From positions 34,159,648-34,223,647 of the forward strand of contig NC_092673.1 in the NCBI RefSeq assembly GCF_964355755.1: a DNA stretch of 64,000 bases. Reading direction: 5' to 3'. This DNA comes from Antedon mediterranea (taxonomy: Eukaryota > Animalia > Echinodermata). A model generated the notes under the pieces. It did no database searches. It was not told the DNA's origin and saw nothing but the letters and a program-made list of their open reading frames with translations. A program made the translations under genes and the position numbers. Of the stretch, positions 24,701 through 38,764 are shown piece after piece (within the stretch, counting starts at the first letter, position 1; every line of letters starts with the position of its first letter).

Positions 24701-25088
24701 TCATTTTAGTAGAAATGGCAATTAATGTTTAGCATATCCGAACAATGCACATTTGTTTCAATGAGTTTATACACTGCTTTGACAATAATTTATACTGTAT
24801 ATAGATATACAAATGAAAAACAAGAGCATATATAAATATATATCTTGTGGAAGAGCATAGACCACAGATCAACATTAAAATGTAATACACAGTGCATCTT
24901 ATGAGTTTAGATTTCATCATGTCTGTAGTTAATCCAGAGGTAGGGTTCTTGGCATGGGGTTGGGTTCTTGGCATGGGGTTGGGTTTAAGCTAAACAAAAA
25001 CAAAATTAGTAGCTCCGCTTTAGCAGATATTGTAGTGTATGTACCAGAGGTTGTCAGAACTTGTTTATATATATATATATATATATAT

Positions 25089-25259
25089 AAATCCAAAGGC
25101 AAATTACTGAAAAAAATGACAATGCTGTGGGTATCAGTGACTGGATCTCAATGGAGATACAAAAATAAAAAGCGAAAAGCTAAATAAAAACGATAAAGTA
25201 AACAGCCAGAAAAGTTAGCAGAGCTTTCGGGCAACACTAGCCCTTCATCAGTGGAAGTG
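25089..25259 (-). mobile_element. Short Penelope-like (pseudo-LTR-type) insert within a (TA)n microsatellite
   Basis: About 170 bp bounded by (TA)n on both sides. Contains a minimal hammerhead, and a second degenerate copy lies at 9719-9822. Confidence 0.65.
25216..25256 (-). ncRNA. Minimal type I hammerhead ribozyme (Penelope-element type)
   Basis: The minus strand reads ttcCA-CUGAUGA-A-GGGC-uaguguu-GCCC-GAAA-GC-UC-UG. Both core boxes are intact, stem II is 4 bp, palindromic AGCU replaces stem III, there is a UC cleavage site, and stem I is a short CA/UG pair. Confidence 0.75.
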
Positions 25260-25794
25260 TATATATATATATATATATATACAAAACAAGTCTACAAGTA
25301 GATTAAATATTACCTCTAAAGGAGACATCATGTACACCCCCGCCTAAGAAAGAAATGTGTTTATTCTGACTATATCTTCCTCAGTTGCTTTCCTTCATCC
25401 ATCTACTGTATGCTGTTCTTGCAATGTGCAAATTCTTATTCTAATATTTGACTCCAGTCCTGGAAAGCAGAAAACACTGATAAAACATTCACTATTATGT
25501 AAATAAATAGTCAAATATTTCAAGAGAATTCTAATTATTCACAGGGGTAACCATATCCCTTACCCATTTTCAACAGAGGAGCTTTGCTTATGCGCCATTT
25601 GAAGAACAGGGAAATGAAATAACACAAACTCACCACATCCTTGTTCCATTTCTTTTACATTATCGACACAAAAAGCCATTACTGCTACTTTGATTGAACT
25701 AAGTAATAGTTCAAAGGATAGATTCTGGAAAACATGAATTAGTATACAATTACCAACAATATCTTGTCTGCTGGTTTCAGAGTGTACTGTAAAC

Positions 25795-26233
25795 AAAAAT
25801 ATATTTGTGTTCATTTGTCTTTTCTGCAAATATATTTGTGTTCATTTGTCTTTTCTGCAAATATATTTGTGTTCATTTGTCTTTTCTGCAAATATATTTG
25901 TGTTCATTTGTCTTTTCTGCAAATATATTTGTGTTCATTTGTCTTTTCTGCAAATGTGTTTGTGTTCAATTGTCTTTTCTGCAAATGTTTTTGTGTTCCT
26001 TTGTCTTTTCTGCAAATATATTTGTGTTCATTTGTCTTTTCTGCAAATGTTTTTGTGTTCATTTGTCTTTTCTGCAAATATATTTGTGTTCATTTGTCTT
26101 TTCTGCAAATGTTTTTGTGTTCATTTGTCTTTTCTGCAAATATATTTGTGTTCATTTGTCTTTTCTGCAAATATATTTGTGCTCATTTGTCTTTTCTGCA
26201 AATATATTTGAGTTCATTTGTCTCTGCAAATGT
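25795..26233. repeat. 31-bp minisatellite, about 14 copies
   Basis: Unit gcaaatatatttgtgttcatttgtcttttct; it produces three overlapping spurious ORFs. Confidence 0.95.
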
Positions 26234-27079
26234 ATTAAACATGGCAGTAAAGTTCTGAATTGCATCTATTTACATAATTTAATATTAAAATAATTTAATT
26301 AACAGAAAATCCAAAACTATATAAAAATTACACACATCAAATAAATTCAATTTTCGAAAAATAGATAAAATTCAAAAACTGCCTATGACAAATTGAATAT
26401 GAACTAAATTAATATTGAATTCATTATATAAATCCAGAAAAAAAAGATGATGATAAATGGTTTATGAAACTTTTCAAAGTAAACAAGTATTAACATAATT
26501 TAAATGATATTTAATAGATTATTAAATTCTACAACTTGCACACACATTGCTTCTAAGAAGATGGATTGATATTTCTGATGAGGTGATACATTTTCCACAA
26601 TCTAAATTAAAACTGAAACAATATTTAATAGATTATGAAATTATTTTAAAATATATAAAAGGTCATAAACAAATTAGACTTTATGACATTTGTTAATGGG
26701 GTGGTAAGTTTTTCACAAGATAATGTACAAGTGTCAGACAAAAATATTGTTTAATAAATTGTGAAATTTTTCAAAACATACAAGTGTTTAACTTCTATCA
26801 ACACAAGGTGATTTTCGTTAATGAGGTGATATGTTTTCACAACGTAATCTCAAAAAGATATATGAGGTGAATAAATGTCACCAAGATATGAAATAATCTC
26901 TTTTATAATCGTCTTATTGATTCAAATTAAATTAGTTTTCTACAGATTTTTTTGGCATTTAAAGTTTACACATATTGTGTAAAGACATTTTTAAAAATGT
27001 CTTCTTGGTTCTTGGTATCGTATTTGCAATGAGGTTATTCGATAGTTGTTTTAGGGGACATTTGATCTTGATTACAAAA

Positions 27080-27400
27080 AGGAACTTAACTCAACTGAGA
27101 GGAACTCAACTCAATTGAAAAGGACTTGGCTCAATGGAGAGAAACTCAACTCAACTGAGAGAAACTCAACTCAACTGAGAGAAACTCAACTCAACTGAGA
27201 GAAACTCAATTCAACTGAGAGCAACTCAACTCAACTGAGAGCAACTCAATATAACTGAGAGAAACTCAATTCAACTGAGAGTAATTCCACTCAACTGAAA
27301 GGAACTCAGCTCAACTGAGAAGAACTACTCAACTTAACTGAAACTCAAAGCATAAAAAACTAAACTTGAATCAATTTAAAGGAACTTGATTCAACTGAAG
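27080..27400. repeat. 20-bp minisatellite with degenerate edges
   Basis: Unit gagaaactcaactcaactga. Confidence 0.9.
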
Positions 27401-30400
27401 GAGAAACACACAACTAACATTTTCTTCATTCAGTTTCAGAAAAATAGAAAAATACTTGATTCAAATGGTAAAATATTGTTTTGCAACTGTCAGTTACACT
27501 TGCTCAAAGACCTTATTTCAACTTTTCAGTTGAGACTCAAGTGACTGTCAGCAGGTTAACATTAGCCCACCTTTCTTTGGTAAAGTGTATTCTATAGATT
27601 TTAATAGATGCAAAACTATTCATAGACATTTTGTTATTATATTATTATGTACAAGTTTACCACGTAGAGGCTTATGAAATTGATAAGGTTGGTACCAGTA
27701 TAAATCATATAGGATTTTGACCATACTGTTTCAACAATTACCTTTATACTAAATATGAAGTGTATGTACAGTTGCATACCCAATTTCTGTGAAAGGTGAA
27801 ACGAGTTTCTGGTTGACGTCCCAATATTTCTGCTTCTCAGTGGACTACATAGCATTAGTTGCCAGTCTCAGATTCTGTAATACATCTCATGTGTATCATA
27901 TCATGAAATATTTAGTTATGGGTTAAGTTAGGGTCTATGTTGCAAGTGTACATGTGAAACACATGTGATGCTGGATCACAGAATTTGCCTATGAACCTGT
28001 AAAGTACTGGGATTCAGCTACCAATCTTTAGAAAAATTCCCTACTCATAATACTGGATAACCAAATCAGGGCCGTATGAGGGTGACGTCTGAAATTTTCA
28101 ATATGGTCATATTTTATATTTATAATTAAATTTAAGCATCTTGCCTGTCTGTACAAAACAAAATTGAATGTTGAAAATCCACATTGACAGATACAATTTT
28201 TGTTCTAATCCATGGAGAGATACTGCGGCAAGAAGGTAGCAAAAAGCCCACAATCATGAGACGGGCAATTTGCGGCAGAGTTAAGATACCTGCTTCTGTA
28301 ACTAATACACTAGGCAATAACTAAATATTGGCTAGTTATAAACGAAATTATTTTTAAAAGCTAAATTCTCTACTCTAATTCTTCAAATTGAATTGAATGC
28401 ACATACCGTAAATTTCTCATAAAATTTCTATTAAGATGGAAAAAAGCCATTAAAACTAACATTTCAGGTCAACTGGGGATTCTCGCAGTTAATATAAAAA
28501 TATTTGATTGAGAAAATATGTCTTTTAAAGATTTTAATTATAGAAATTGATTAATGTTATCAGAATTCTGAAATAAATTTGTTTTATATAATTTTTTAAT
28601 TGCATTGATGTTTGTATAGAGTTTCAAAACTCAATATAATATATTTATTTCATAATTTTCTTTTTGTAGTTCTATATCTTTTAACCTACATATTTGAAAT
28701 ATTTTTTTTTAACATACCGGTACATGTCTATATTTAATTTGAAATACTTTCAAGTTTCTTGCGATCTAAGATCAAGAAAACTTCATCCACGAACAGATAC
28801 TGAAATGACAAATGAAATTTTGTTTGACATGTCTGATAAACCTAAACTTTTTAGGGTTTTCTACAAATTTATTTAGGTATGCAAGCCCAAATTTGACAGT
28901 AGATTGAGACTAATGTTATGTATGTATACCACATTGTAAACCGGCATTTTTCAGTGTACTATGTAATTCCCATTACTATTAGCCCTGATGATTCAGCAAG
29001 CATGGCCTGAAAATGTGAAACTCCTTAAAAACTATGTTAAACCTTTAATGCAGAGGACACTTTTTTGGGTACCCAGTGTTCCTTAGGTTCTACTAATGAC
29101 AATACGGTAAGCTCAATTTATTTGCAAGAATCGAAAGCAATGACTGGTGGTCATTCATACTTTTCGCGATTAATGTGATTCTCAGGGTTTACAAAGTGGA
29201 AAATAGACTTAAAGGGTTTTCTTTTCTTAATGGAAACCTATCAAAGGACGTTTTAATAAATTTGTTTTTTACCAAAGTGTTATATTTGAGTTAATGTATA
29301 TAAATGTTGACGTGGTTAAAGTACAAATTAACAAATTAATCTTAAGCTACTTTTAGAAACACAATCATTATGTAAACGTAGCAAGCTGTTGTAAACATTG
29401 ATAAACATATTGAACAATGATAATAGGCCAACTACCTTTTGGCCTGTTTCCACTTATAACACACAATAACCAATTAGACATAAGTACTTTTAACCACAAA
29501 CTTGGTACTTGTTACTACTAACAATAAAGAATCTGTGTTTGACTGTCTTATCAATGCACTCATCACAAAAGGTAACCTATGATGCATTGGTTAATAGTGC
29601 CAATGTTTTCTTTATATGCATTAAAAACTCTGTATCTAAAAAAAGTGAAGGTGTTTTCTACAATATTCATCAAATGAAATTGATGGTAACCATTGCAAAA
29701 CTGTTTTTAACAAAGAAAAATGATTGAAGTCTTATTTACACTATCAAAAAACAGGAAAATTAAATCAAATTAAGAGTGGCATATGTTTTAACACTACACC
29801 CAATCGCTATTCAGAGACACCCCTATAAAGAGGACATTTTGTTGGATATTGAAAGTGCCCCCTTAATAGGGATTCATATTAATTTGTTCCCCCGGAATAT
29901 TCTATAAAATTGCTCAACTGTAAGAAGACTTTATTCTGTTTTACAAACCATGGATAATCTAGAAATATCTATTTCGGAATGGGTGATCCTTCAGGCATTG
30001 AATTGGCAAGTATAGAGTTTAGCCTTTAAAATTACATCATGGATATGATGAACACATGCAGCATTTAAACTGTTTATGTTAAACTTCAAAACATAACTGT
30101 TCGCACAAGTCACTATGCAACTGTTAAACCTTTTAATGCGTTTTACAATTTTAAATTTCCCCTGTGAGGTTAAAATGACGATGAATTTTCCATATGATCG
30201 GTAGTTGTCGAAGACTAGACAGTTTACAGACTTTCTAATTACTAGTAGGATAAACGCGCCGCCATCAATTCACATGTTGAATTGCTAACTTGCTTTGAAC
30301 GTTAGCTAACGGCTTACCTCGGTGTTAGTAATTGCCTCACAACTCTTTATGCATTCAGCTGTGATTTACATAAATTAGCATTATTACTATTACTAATTAG

Positions 30401-31249
30401 TTACCATCATCTTAGTTATGTCAAAGGTTAGAAATAATAGTTGCTCTGACCCTAAGTTTAGATTTGATGATGTTATGTATAATGTATGATGATCTAATCT
30501 AGGCTAATTATAATGTAAAATAAGCACAAATCAATAAAGTTCCAGATGGCTAATTCTCCAAGAAGTCTTTATAATATAATATACTATATAATACATGGTT
30601 CTAAGGCAGTTTCTGCCCTAAAGGCTTTGAAAGTAAATGGTTGAAATGATATATCAATATTTTCCTTTATAGGACTGAGTAGGGATTCTAATGTAATAAT
30701 ATATATGTAATGATGTTAATTCATATTCTAAAAACTGTCACTTTCAGGTAGCTCACAAAGAAGAGATTATTTATACAAACAGCAATTAGAGGTAGACAAC
30801 ATAATTCCTTAAGTAGACAGTTCTTGATTAATTCCTATTAGCTGTGTAAAATACATGTCACAGGTATTTCACGTAGTTGCCAATAGCTACCAACTGTGTG
30901 GCACAGCCGAAAGCCTTTAGATATAAAACGTCAATTAAAAAAAAGAATTGATGGGTATATAGCAAATTGCAAATGGATTGAAACCTGGCTTGTTTCACCT
31001 AGAAGTACAAATTGGTACATTTGCATAATAAGATCGCAGAAGCATGTTTGATTAAAATTCTTGTGAAATTGATATATATATATATGTGTAGTTTGCGTTT
31101 TTTCAGAAAAAAACTATTTAAATAAAATTTCAAGAGAAACCCAAAGAAACTTCTTTATTGCTTTCTAAACTAAGAATTGTTGCAAGGCCCAGAAAAATGA
31201 GGTCATGAGGTAGAGTTAGGCCTTTCACTATCATATGTATATGCATATG

Positions 31250-31880
31250 TCAAATTCAAATGATTGAGCAAATCCAGAGACGGGCCACCCGGTTGATCTT
31301 ACATCAACGTCGTCAGGAACAGTCATTTGAGTGGAGACTAGACACTCTTGATATCCCATCCACAATCGCTATTAGAGATTGTTATACTGTTCTATTTGTT
31401 TGCAATGTTTTACTTTATCATCAAAGATCTATTATTTATAATTTACTCATAGTTAATAATCGTCATGATACTCTCACTTTCAAGCATCTTCGCTCCAGTA
31501 ATGATATGTCAAAATTTTGGATCCCGACCAGATTCACTAGAACTTGGAATTCCATACCCAATGAGATTCGTGATATTTTTGTTAATGGTTCTTTTATTAA
31601 TTTTAAATTATCTCTAAAGCTATATTTTAAATGTCGGAGAGAAACTTTTTAAATTTTTAAATGAAATGATATGTCTACTATATTTGTATATATTCTTGTT
31701 ATTTGTTATTTATGTGTTGGAGAGACACACCTTACCGGTGACAGCGTTTGTTTAATGCTTTTGTCTTTCCTCGGCCTCGTGTCTTGTTTTTCATATATAT
31801 ATATATATTTTTATGTTTTTTTTGTAATTATTATTTTATGTTTATTGCCGAAATGAATAAAATTAAATAAATAAATAAAA
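31250..31880 (+). mobile_element. 5'-truncated LINE (CR1/L2-group) 3' end: ORF2 C-terminus, 3' UTR and (TAAA)n tail
   Basis: ORF 31260-31652 has IEQIQRRATRLIL...L...R...F..R..RTWNSIP.EI....F..FK..LK, the typical post-RT C-terminal motif. It is followed by a T-rich UTR and aataaaattaaataaataaataaaaa. Confidence 0.8.
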
Positions 31881-31897
31881 ATCATGACGTACCACTA

Positions 31898-32460
31898 GAC
31901 TATGCAGGTATTGAGCGTAACAGTCATTCTTTGCATGTTCAAATGTTTTTGAGCATGAGCTATGCAGGTATTGAGCGTAACAGTCATTCTTTGCATGTTC
32001 AAATGTTTTTGAGCATGAGCTATGCAGGTATTGAGCGTACAGTCATTCTTTGCATGTTCAAATGTTTTTGAGCATGAGCTATGCAGGTATATTGAGCATA
32101 ACAGTCATTCTGTGCATGTTCAAATGTTTTTAGCATGAGCTATTCAGGTATTGAGCGTACCAGTCATTCTGTGCATGTACAAATGTTTTTTAGCATGTCG
32201 AGCTATTCAGGTATTGAGCGTAACAGTCATTCTGTGCATGTACAAATGTTTTTTAGCATGAGCTATGCTGGTATTGAGCGTAACAGTCATTCTGTGCATG
32301 TACAAATGTTTTTTAGCATGTCGAGCTATTCAGGTATTGAGCGTAACAGTCATTCTGTGCATGTACAAATGTTTTTTAGCATGAGCTATGCTGGTATTAA
32401 GCGTAACGGTCATTCTGTGCATGTTAAAATGTTTTTGTGATGCTATTGGCAAGCTATTCA
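31898..32460. repeat. 60/63-bp minisatellite, about 9 copies
   Basis: Unit agctatgcaggtattgagcgtaacagtcattc...atgtttttgagcatg; later copies alternate 63 and 60 bp. Confidence 0.95.
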
Positions 32461-33569
32461 CCTGAATTAAAAACAAAAATTCACCATATTTTGTAATGAT
32501 GTTGTCTTTTTATGTTGTTGTCATCATCATCATCATCATCTTTATTTGCATAAATTATAATAATTGCACAATGTTCTTATAAGTTCACTCTCACAAAGAA
32601 TGTAAATTACTTTACTGCTAATCATATTATATAAACCTGGTCTTTGTTAATTTGATTTTAGCATTGTTTATAAGAAGTTGTAAATCCCATTATTGTTGAA
32701 ATTAACTCCGACACTATCATGTTCAATAAACGTTTATATGCCGAATGAAGCAAGGCTCACACACCTTACAGTATATTGTACGATTTTCGGTATTGTATAT
32801 ACAGCATTAATTGACCTAAATTCCATGAAACAGTGTCACATGTGTATCACATACAACACCTGTATTATAGTTGCAATATCACAAGGGTCGCTGTATTCAT
32901 ACACTAACCTTATAATAATAAAAACCTTATAATAATAAAATAATTAAATTATTTAATAATTCTAATGTTTGCATGTAACACTGTATCAGTATTTTTCATG
33001 ATACAGGACGAATAATGGCCCATTTTCTAGATCTTAACTTATTTTTATTTTTTAAAATTTATGCTTTATTCGCAAAATTGATTTCCTCAATAATTTTTCT
33101 CACATAGAATAAAGATTTTGAATCTGCTATTTAAAGGTTATACATCACGTTGAAAAATTTAAAATTAAAATGATACAAAACTCTATGAAAATGCTAACAA
33201 GCTGATAAAAATACACATATGGAATTCACTGAAGCATAACAATGTTAACCAAATCTATGTTAATCTATTCTACAAGATAAGTTAAGTTCAATGATGTTTT
33301 TTTTCTTAAGCACTGTCAACACAATCAAACAAAAAAAAGTGTGATTTGCCCAAATATGGTTGTGATACTACTTAAAATAAGGGAGTGATCTTGTCCATAT
33401 ATGGGCACATCACAGAAGTTATATTTCTACATTCATATGTTGAGTATGAATACTGTTACAAAATGTTGGCCATGTTTAAATTAACACTAGGCCTATACTC
33501 TGTAACATAAATGAAAAAGCTACTATTTGTATGTGAAAAGAAAGCTAGCCTCTATATAGCCTGCAGGTA

Positions 33570-33762
33570 ACAGAAGGAAAGGTGGAAGGGAAGAGAAAGA
33601 GAGGACGTCAGAATAAACAATGGTTTAAAAAAAGAATGGATGAATTTAGTGCAAGCCAAGCGTCCTCGCTCAAAACAGACCAGCTTGGAAGAGATATACA
33701 GAGATGTGAACAGATGTTAGCCAATCGTCAGTATTTACGGCGGCCGAACTTGAACTTGATTG
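33570..33762 (+). mobile_element. RTE-clade LINE 3' remnant
   Basis: Encodes EGKVEGKRKRGRQNKQW, the RTE ORF C-terminal motif G..EGKR.RGR...W, and ends in a short (aacttg)n tail. Confidence 0.6.
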
Positions 33763-36639
33763 TGAAATATGTGTAATTCTTACTTAGCTTACTGCGATAC
33801 ATACACTTTCTTTTGAATCCCGTGCCCATCCTATTTTTTTTTCTTAGCCTCTTGTATAAAAATCAGCCTTTCACGAATTCTGGAATTCTACATGCAATTT
33901 GCCTCATTGAGCCACAATTTGCAATAATGTCGTATACTATAAAGTGAAAATAGTTTGGTTTTGAAATTAAGGATTTGTAATGAATTCTGTCAGTTGTTTT
34001 GTTCTCTAAGGGCGAGTAAAAATGCATCTGTACTTCTACGTTCTGCAGGCATGAACAAATACGTATGGGCTTATAATAGTTAATTACATTTAACAAATTT
34101 AATTTAGCCTTTGTCTATATAGTAATAAGTTCACATACCTGAAATGTACAATTTAATTTATAGCTGATAATTTATTTAATATAAAGCAAACAGAATGATT
34201 AAGTTTGCAACTTACAAGTAGGGCTGTGTTTACAAAATCGCCCCCAAAAAAAAAAAATACGCTATCTAATCACACAAATTATTTTTGTAATATCTAGGCT
34301 GAAAGTCAAATTTAGATTTATAATAACAATTTTCCAAGTCCATCTTCTACAAATGGCTTGAAGCATCCGGCGGCCAAAATCATACAAGATGTCCGCTAAC
34401 CAAGGTCACGTATCATTACAGTGTACTTAAGGATAATACGTGAAGATAATCTAGCTGTTTACTAAGTTTACATTTGCAGCGCATAATTACATACTAATAC
34501 AGCAATAACACGACCGAGGACATTTTTTGAAGTCTATCTCTACTGAAAAGAAAATCGTAAAATGTCTTCTACTTTCTCTTTTAGAATGAAATAAAAGAAG
34601 GCTTTTAATCGTAATGTGCGCTTTAAAAACAGATTTTATGAATCTTTGAATAAGGTCACATGTTTTATCGTCTGATAGAAATAATGGAGCTTTGTTTACT
34701 TCATAGACCTTTGATATTCACAGTATATTTGTGTATTTAAAAAAATGTCATACACATCCAACAACTAGTAATGCCAATTACAGGATAGATAAACTATATC
34801 ATGCTTTATTTACAATTGTCTCATTTGAGGCTTATAAATAGGATGTAGGATAAATAGGAAAAGTAACATTTACAGCCCTGGTGATATGTCAGCATTAAAT
34901 CCCTGGCACTAAGTCAGGATTGCATCCCTGGCACTAATTCAGGATTTGGCACTAATTCATGACTGAACCCTGAACCTTTAACCACCCAACTCCACTACTT
35001 TCTATACTATATGCACCCACTCTATTAGGGGTCATGTTAAGAAGATAAATAGGGGTATATGAATATACTTATATTTGAATACCATAGGATGAGTGGGTAG
35101 TGCTACAGCATTTTTCTAATATACCACAGGGTGAGTTTGTCTTTGAATAAGTAGGCCTATAACATATGCAATTATACCATAGGGTGAGTTAGTATTTACG
35201 TACATTGGTATGGAATTTTGTGACAGATTTGTTCCAATTTCAATTTCAATTTTTGCAGGTTGCCTACATAAAACAAATTAGTTTAATAATTTACATAAGT
35301 ACCTATAATACTATTCAAGAATTCAAACCTGCATAGAGTCTGTTAGTACTGTTGAAATCATAAAACAAATTAATAATACAGTAAATAAATAATTAATTAA
35401 ATAAGTCATTTTGAGGGTAGAATTGTAATATTAATGCAGCATTGAAATCTAATAAATTCTTTATGAAATAATATGTATTTTTGTAATTTTTCAGTAAAAT
35501 CGGTTAAGCAAAACAAAATTACACAGTAGGTCTAGGCATATGAAATGCCCACACAAAAACAGGTAAATAATTAATAGATCATACTTAACTTAATTCAATA
35601 AATAATTCAACAAACAGTATGACAGAAATATTTGATTTAAATGAATCCTACATGAATAATTTACATAAATTATTTATGTATTGCCCCTTTAATAAAAGCT
35701 ATCTATAAAAATAAAAACAAGTTACATGAATTCTTTTGCTACTGTCCCTTTAAATTGTTATGATACTGCTAAAGCTGTGTTATAAATATTACAATTACAA
35801 AAAATTACAATAGTTTCAAGAAAATAAGCAATTTATATAAATTCCTTACTACTGTCTCTTGAAAAATGTTTAGAACAGTGCTTAAAGTTGTGTTTAAGAA
35901 TAAAAGGATGTTACATAAATTCCTTTGGTACTGTCCCTTTAAATTGTTTTAATGTGAATATGAAATGAAACGCATCCTGCATATGAACACTGCTGCTTAA
36001 AAAAAGCTGTGTATGGTATGAATAAAAATCAAGCAATGTAATCATTACTGAAACTAGTCGGTTCGCTCTGATAAGCCCTGACGGACAAAATCTACTTTAA
36101 ATTCTATGATGCTCGTTTAACTGACGCGGCAGGAGCTCAGGTAACCACGGCAGTAGACACATCAGAATAAATTATTTTGGAGCAGTTTTAGAAATATTTC
36201 ACAGATACTTTTAAATTGCTCATTTGCAGTGTCATCAAAATTACCTATTATACCCTGATTTTTTTTGCTGAATAGAGTGTTTTCTATGTCATTTTCAAAG
36301 AAAAATCGGCACAATATATTGAACAAAAGAGGAATGATTCAGTTGAAATTTAAAGATATTGTGTCCTTCAATGTCTATTCTATATCATTTGCCCATGCAA
36401 TCCAATTTCAGATTTAAAAGATAATTTTATCTAATGTCTATATTCAAGGTTATTCCATCCAGTTGATAGAAATATTATCCAATTTTTAAAATTTAATTTC
36501 AATGCATTTAAAACTAATACAATTTTGAAATTACTATTTTATTATGATATTTCAGATGGTGAAAGATATAGGATTGAAAAGGTGGAGGTGGTAGGGGAAC
36601 TACAGCCCTATGTGTAAATAGCAAATACAACATACAAAA

Positions 36640-37330
36640 ACATTTTTCCACTTTTTATATCATAACAAACAATTTTGTATTTTTCTACTTTTAGATTATC
36701 AGAAACAATTTTATATTTTATCAAGATCAAATTTAATTCAAATTTAACAGAAACAATTTTCTATTTTCAATTATCAGAAAAAATGTTTATCTTCCAACAA
36801 AAACTGTTTTCCATTTTAAAATCATCAGAAACAATTTTCTATTTCATCAAACACGAATTTAATCTTCCAATTCAACAGAAACAAGTTTTCATTTTCAATT
36901 ATCAGAAAAAAATTATCATCTTCCAATTCAACAAAACTGTTTTCCATTTTAAAATCATCAGAAACAATTTTCTATTTCATCAGAAACTAATTTCAAGTTA
37001 TTAAAAAATGTCATCTTCCAATCCAACAGAGGCCATTTTCCGCTTGGAAATCATCAGAAACAATGTTCAATCTATTTTTATCTGAAATTATTTTCCAGTT
37101 GTAAAGAAACAGTTTTCCATTTTCAATTCTGAGAAACAAATTTCATTCCCCACTTTGTCCCTCTTCATTTCTTCAAATAAGTTTTTATCTTCCAATCCAT
37201 CAGAAACAATTTCATTTTTCAATTAATCAGAAACAACTTGAATTTTTCAATCTGTCAGAAAATAAGTTCCAAATCAATATAATAGCAACAATTGTTATCT
37301 TTCCAATCATCAGAAACAATTTTAGTTTAA
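36640..37330. repeat. Degenerate tandem repeat (atcagaaacaattttc motif)
   Basis: Recurrent atcagaaacaatttt and ttccattttaaaatcatcagaaac motifs. Confidence 0.7.
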
Positions 37331-38764
37331 TTCATTAAGACAACAATTTCAAACTACCTCATCGACTCCTCTTTTTAAATCAACGTAATATTGAATAATC
37401 AATACTAAAATATTATTTGATAGAAAATGATTTCAATTTAACATGAAACAAACGATGAAATGCTTTGTTCCAACGTAGACTGTCAAAATCCGACATTTTG
37501 CGATGGTAAAATGTATTGAATCTCAACTACAAAGCATCGGAAACAGACAAAGTGTTTGCTGAATAAATACATAAAATACATATTAATGGATATCTAGATA
37601 TCAGACTCATGCAATATTAATAATAATGTGAGTATAAATGAAAGGAAAAAGGAAAGTAAATTTTGTTAACATTTTTGTTTAGATGACAAAAGTTATACAA
37701 AATAATTTTCTTTCCTAAATTATGAATTAAGTTTAGAAAAAAAATGTTGAGTCATGAACATGAAATTTATTTCTCTATAGTTGTATAGATTTTCAACATA
37801 ACAGACTCTTTTTTAAACTTCAAAACATAAAGCATAAATTGTGAAAATAAAGACCGAAAGTGAAATTTTCAATGCAATTGTAATTTTTATCATTGCTATT
37901 AAAAAGTCAAAGTAAAACATTTTTGGTGGGGTTTTCAGTGAATGATTTAGAGGGCCTGTTCAGACCTACAAAGTTGGTTTCAAAATAAATAAAAAGAGAA
38001 AAGAAATCAAGTCTGAAATCAAATTGCTGTTGTGATGCTAATTTGTCCTTGCTTTACGATAACTTCGTAGATCAAACCATACCCAGCCATTACCTTGGTG
38101 AGAGGAAGTGTAGGTATGCCGTTAATAAGATAATTACAGTATAGGGACAGTCTACATTATTCATACTTGAAATTGACATTACAAGCTAATTCTTCTAGAT
38201 TAGTAAAACATTCACATATAATATGTAATGAAGGATGAAATATTTATGCAAATAATATGCATTTTAAGTATATTTAAAATGCCATTTTCTGATGCCCATT
38301 ATTGTGAAACGAACAATGAAAAAGCTCTGCAAATTTTCCTGGCTGTTTTAATCTATCGTTTTGATTTACTTTTGCTTATTTTATTTGTATCCATTGAGAT
38401 CCAGCCACTGATACCCACAGCATTGCATTTTTTTCAGTAATTTGCCGAAAAGTACAAATAGTCGCAGCAATGCTGAGTTGGTACAATTGGTGGTGGTTCA
38501 TGATGCATTACTTGAATATGTCTTAAAAACACATGCTCCAGCATGCAACATTTTACAATAAACATTAAAGTTTGCATCCCTAGTAGCAATCAAGTGCACT
38601 CCACTCCAATCATTTTGGTATGATAAAAAATGTAAATATTATGGAGTTCTGTATTGCAGGACCAAAATGCCCATCCCATACTGTAGAACAAGGCAATACA
38701 CCAAATTCTTACAACAATGGCACAAATAATTTACAACAAAAAAACCAATTACACACATGCTTAT

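Noticed and set aside
25764-26293. Three overlapping Cys/Phe-rich ORFs
   Set aside because: Artefact of a stop-free 31-bp tandem repeat.
28980-29025. CTGATGA-TTCAG...CTGAA hammerhead-like motif
   Set aside because: GAAA is not positioned directly after stem II, and there is no stem III or cleavage triplet.
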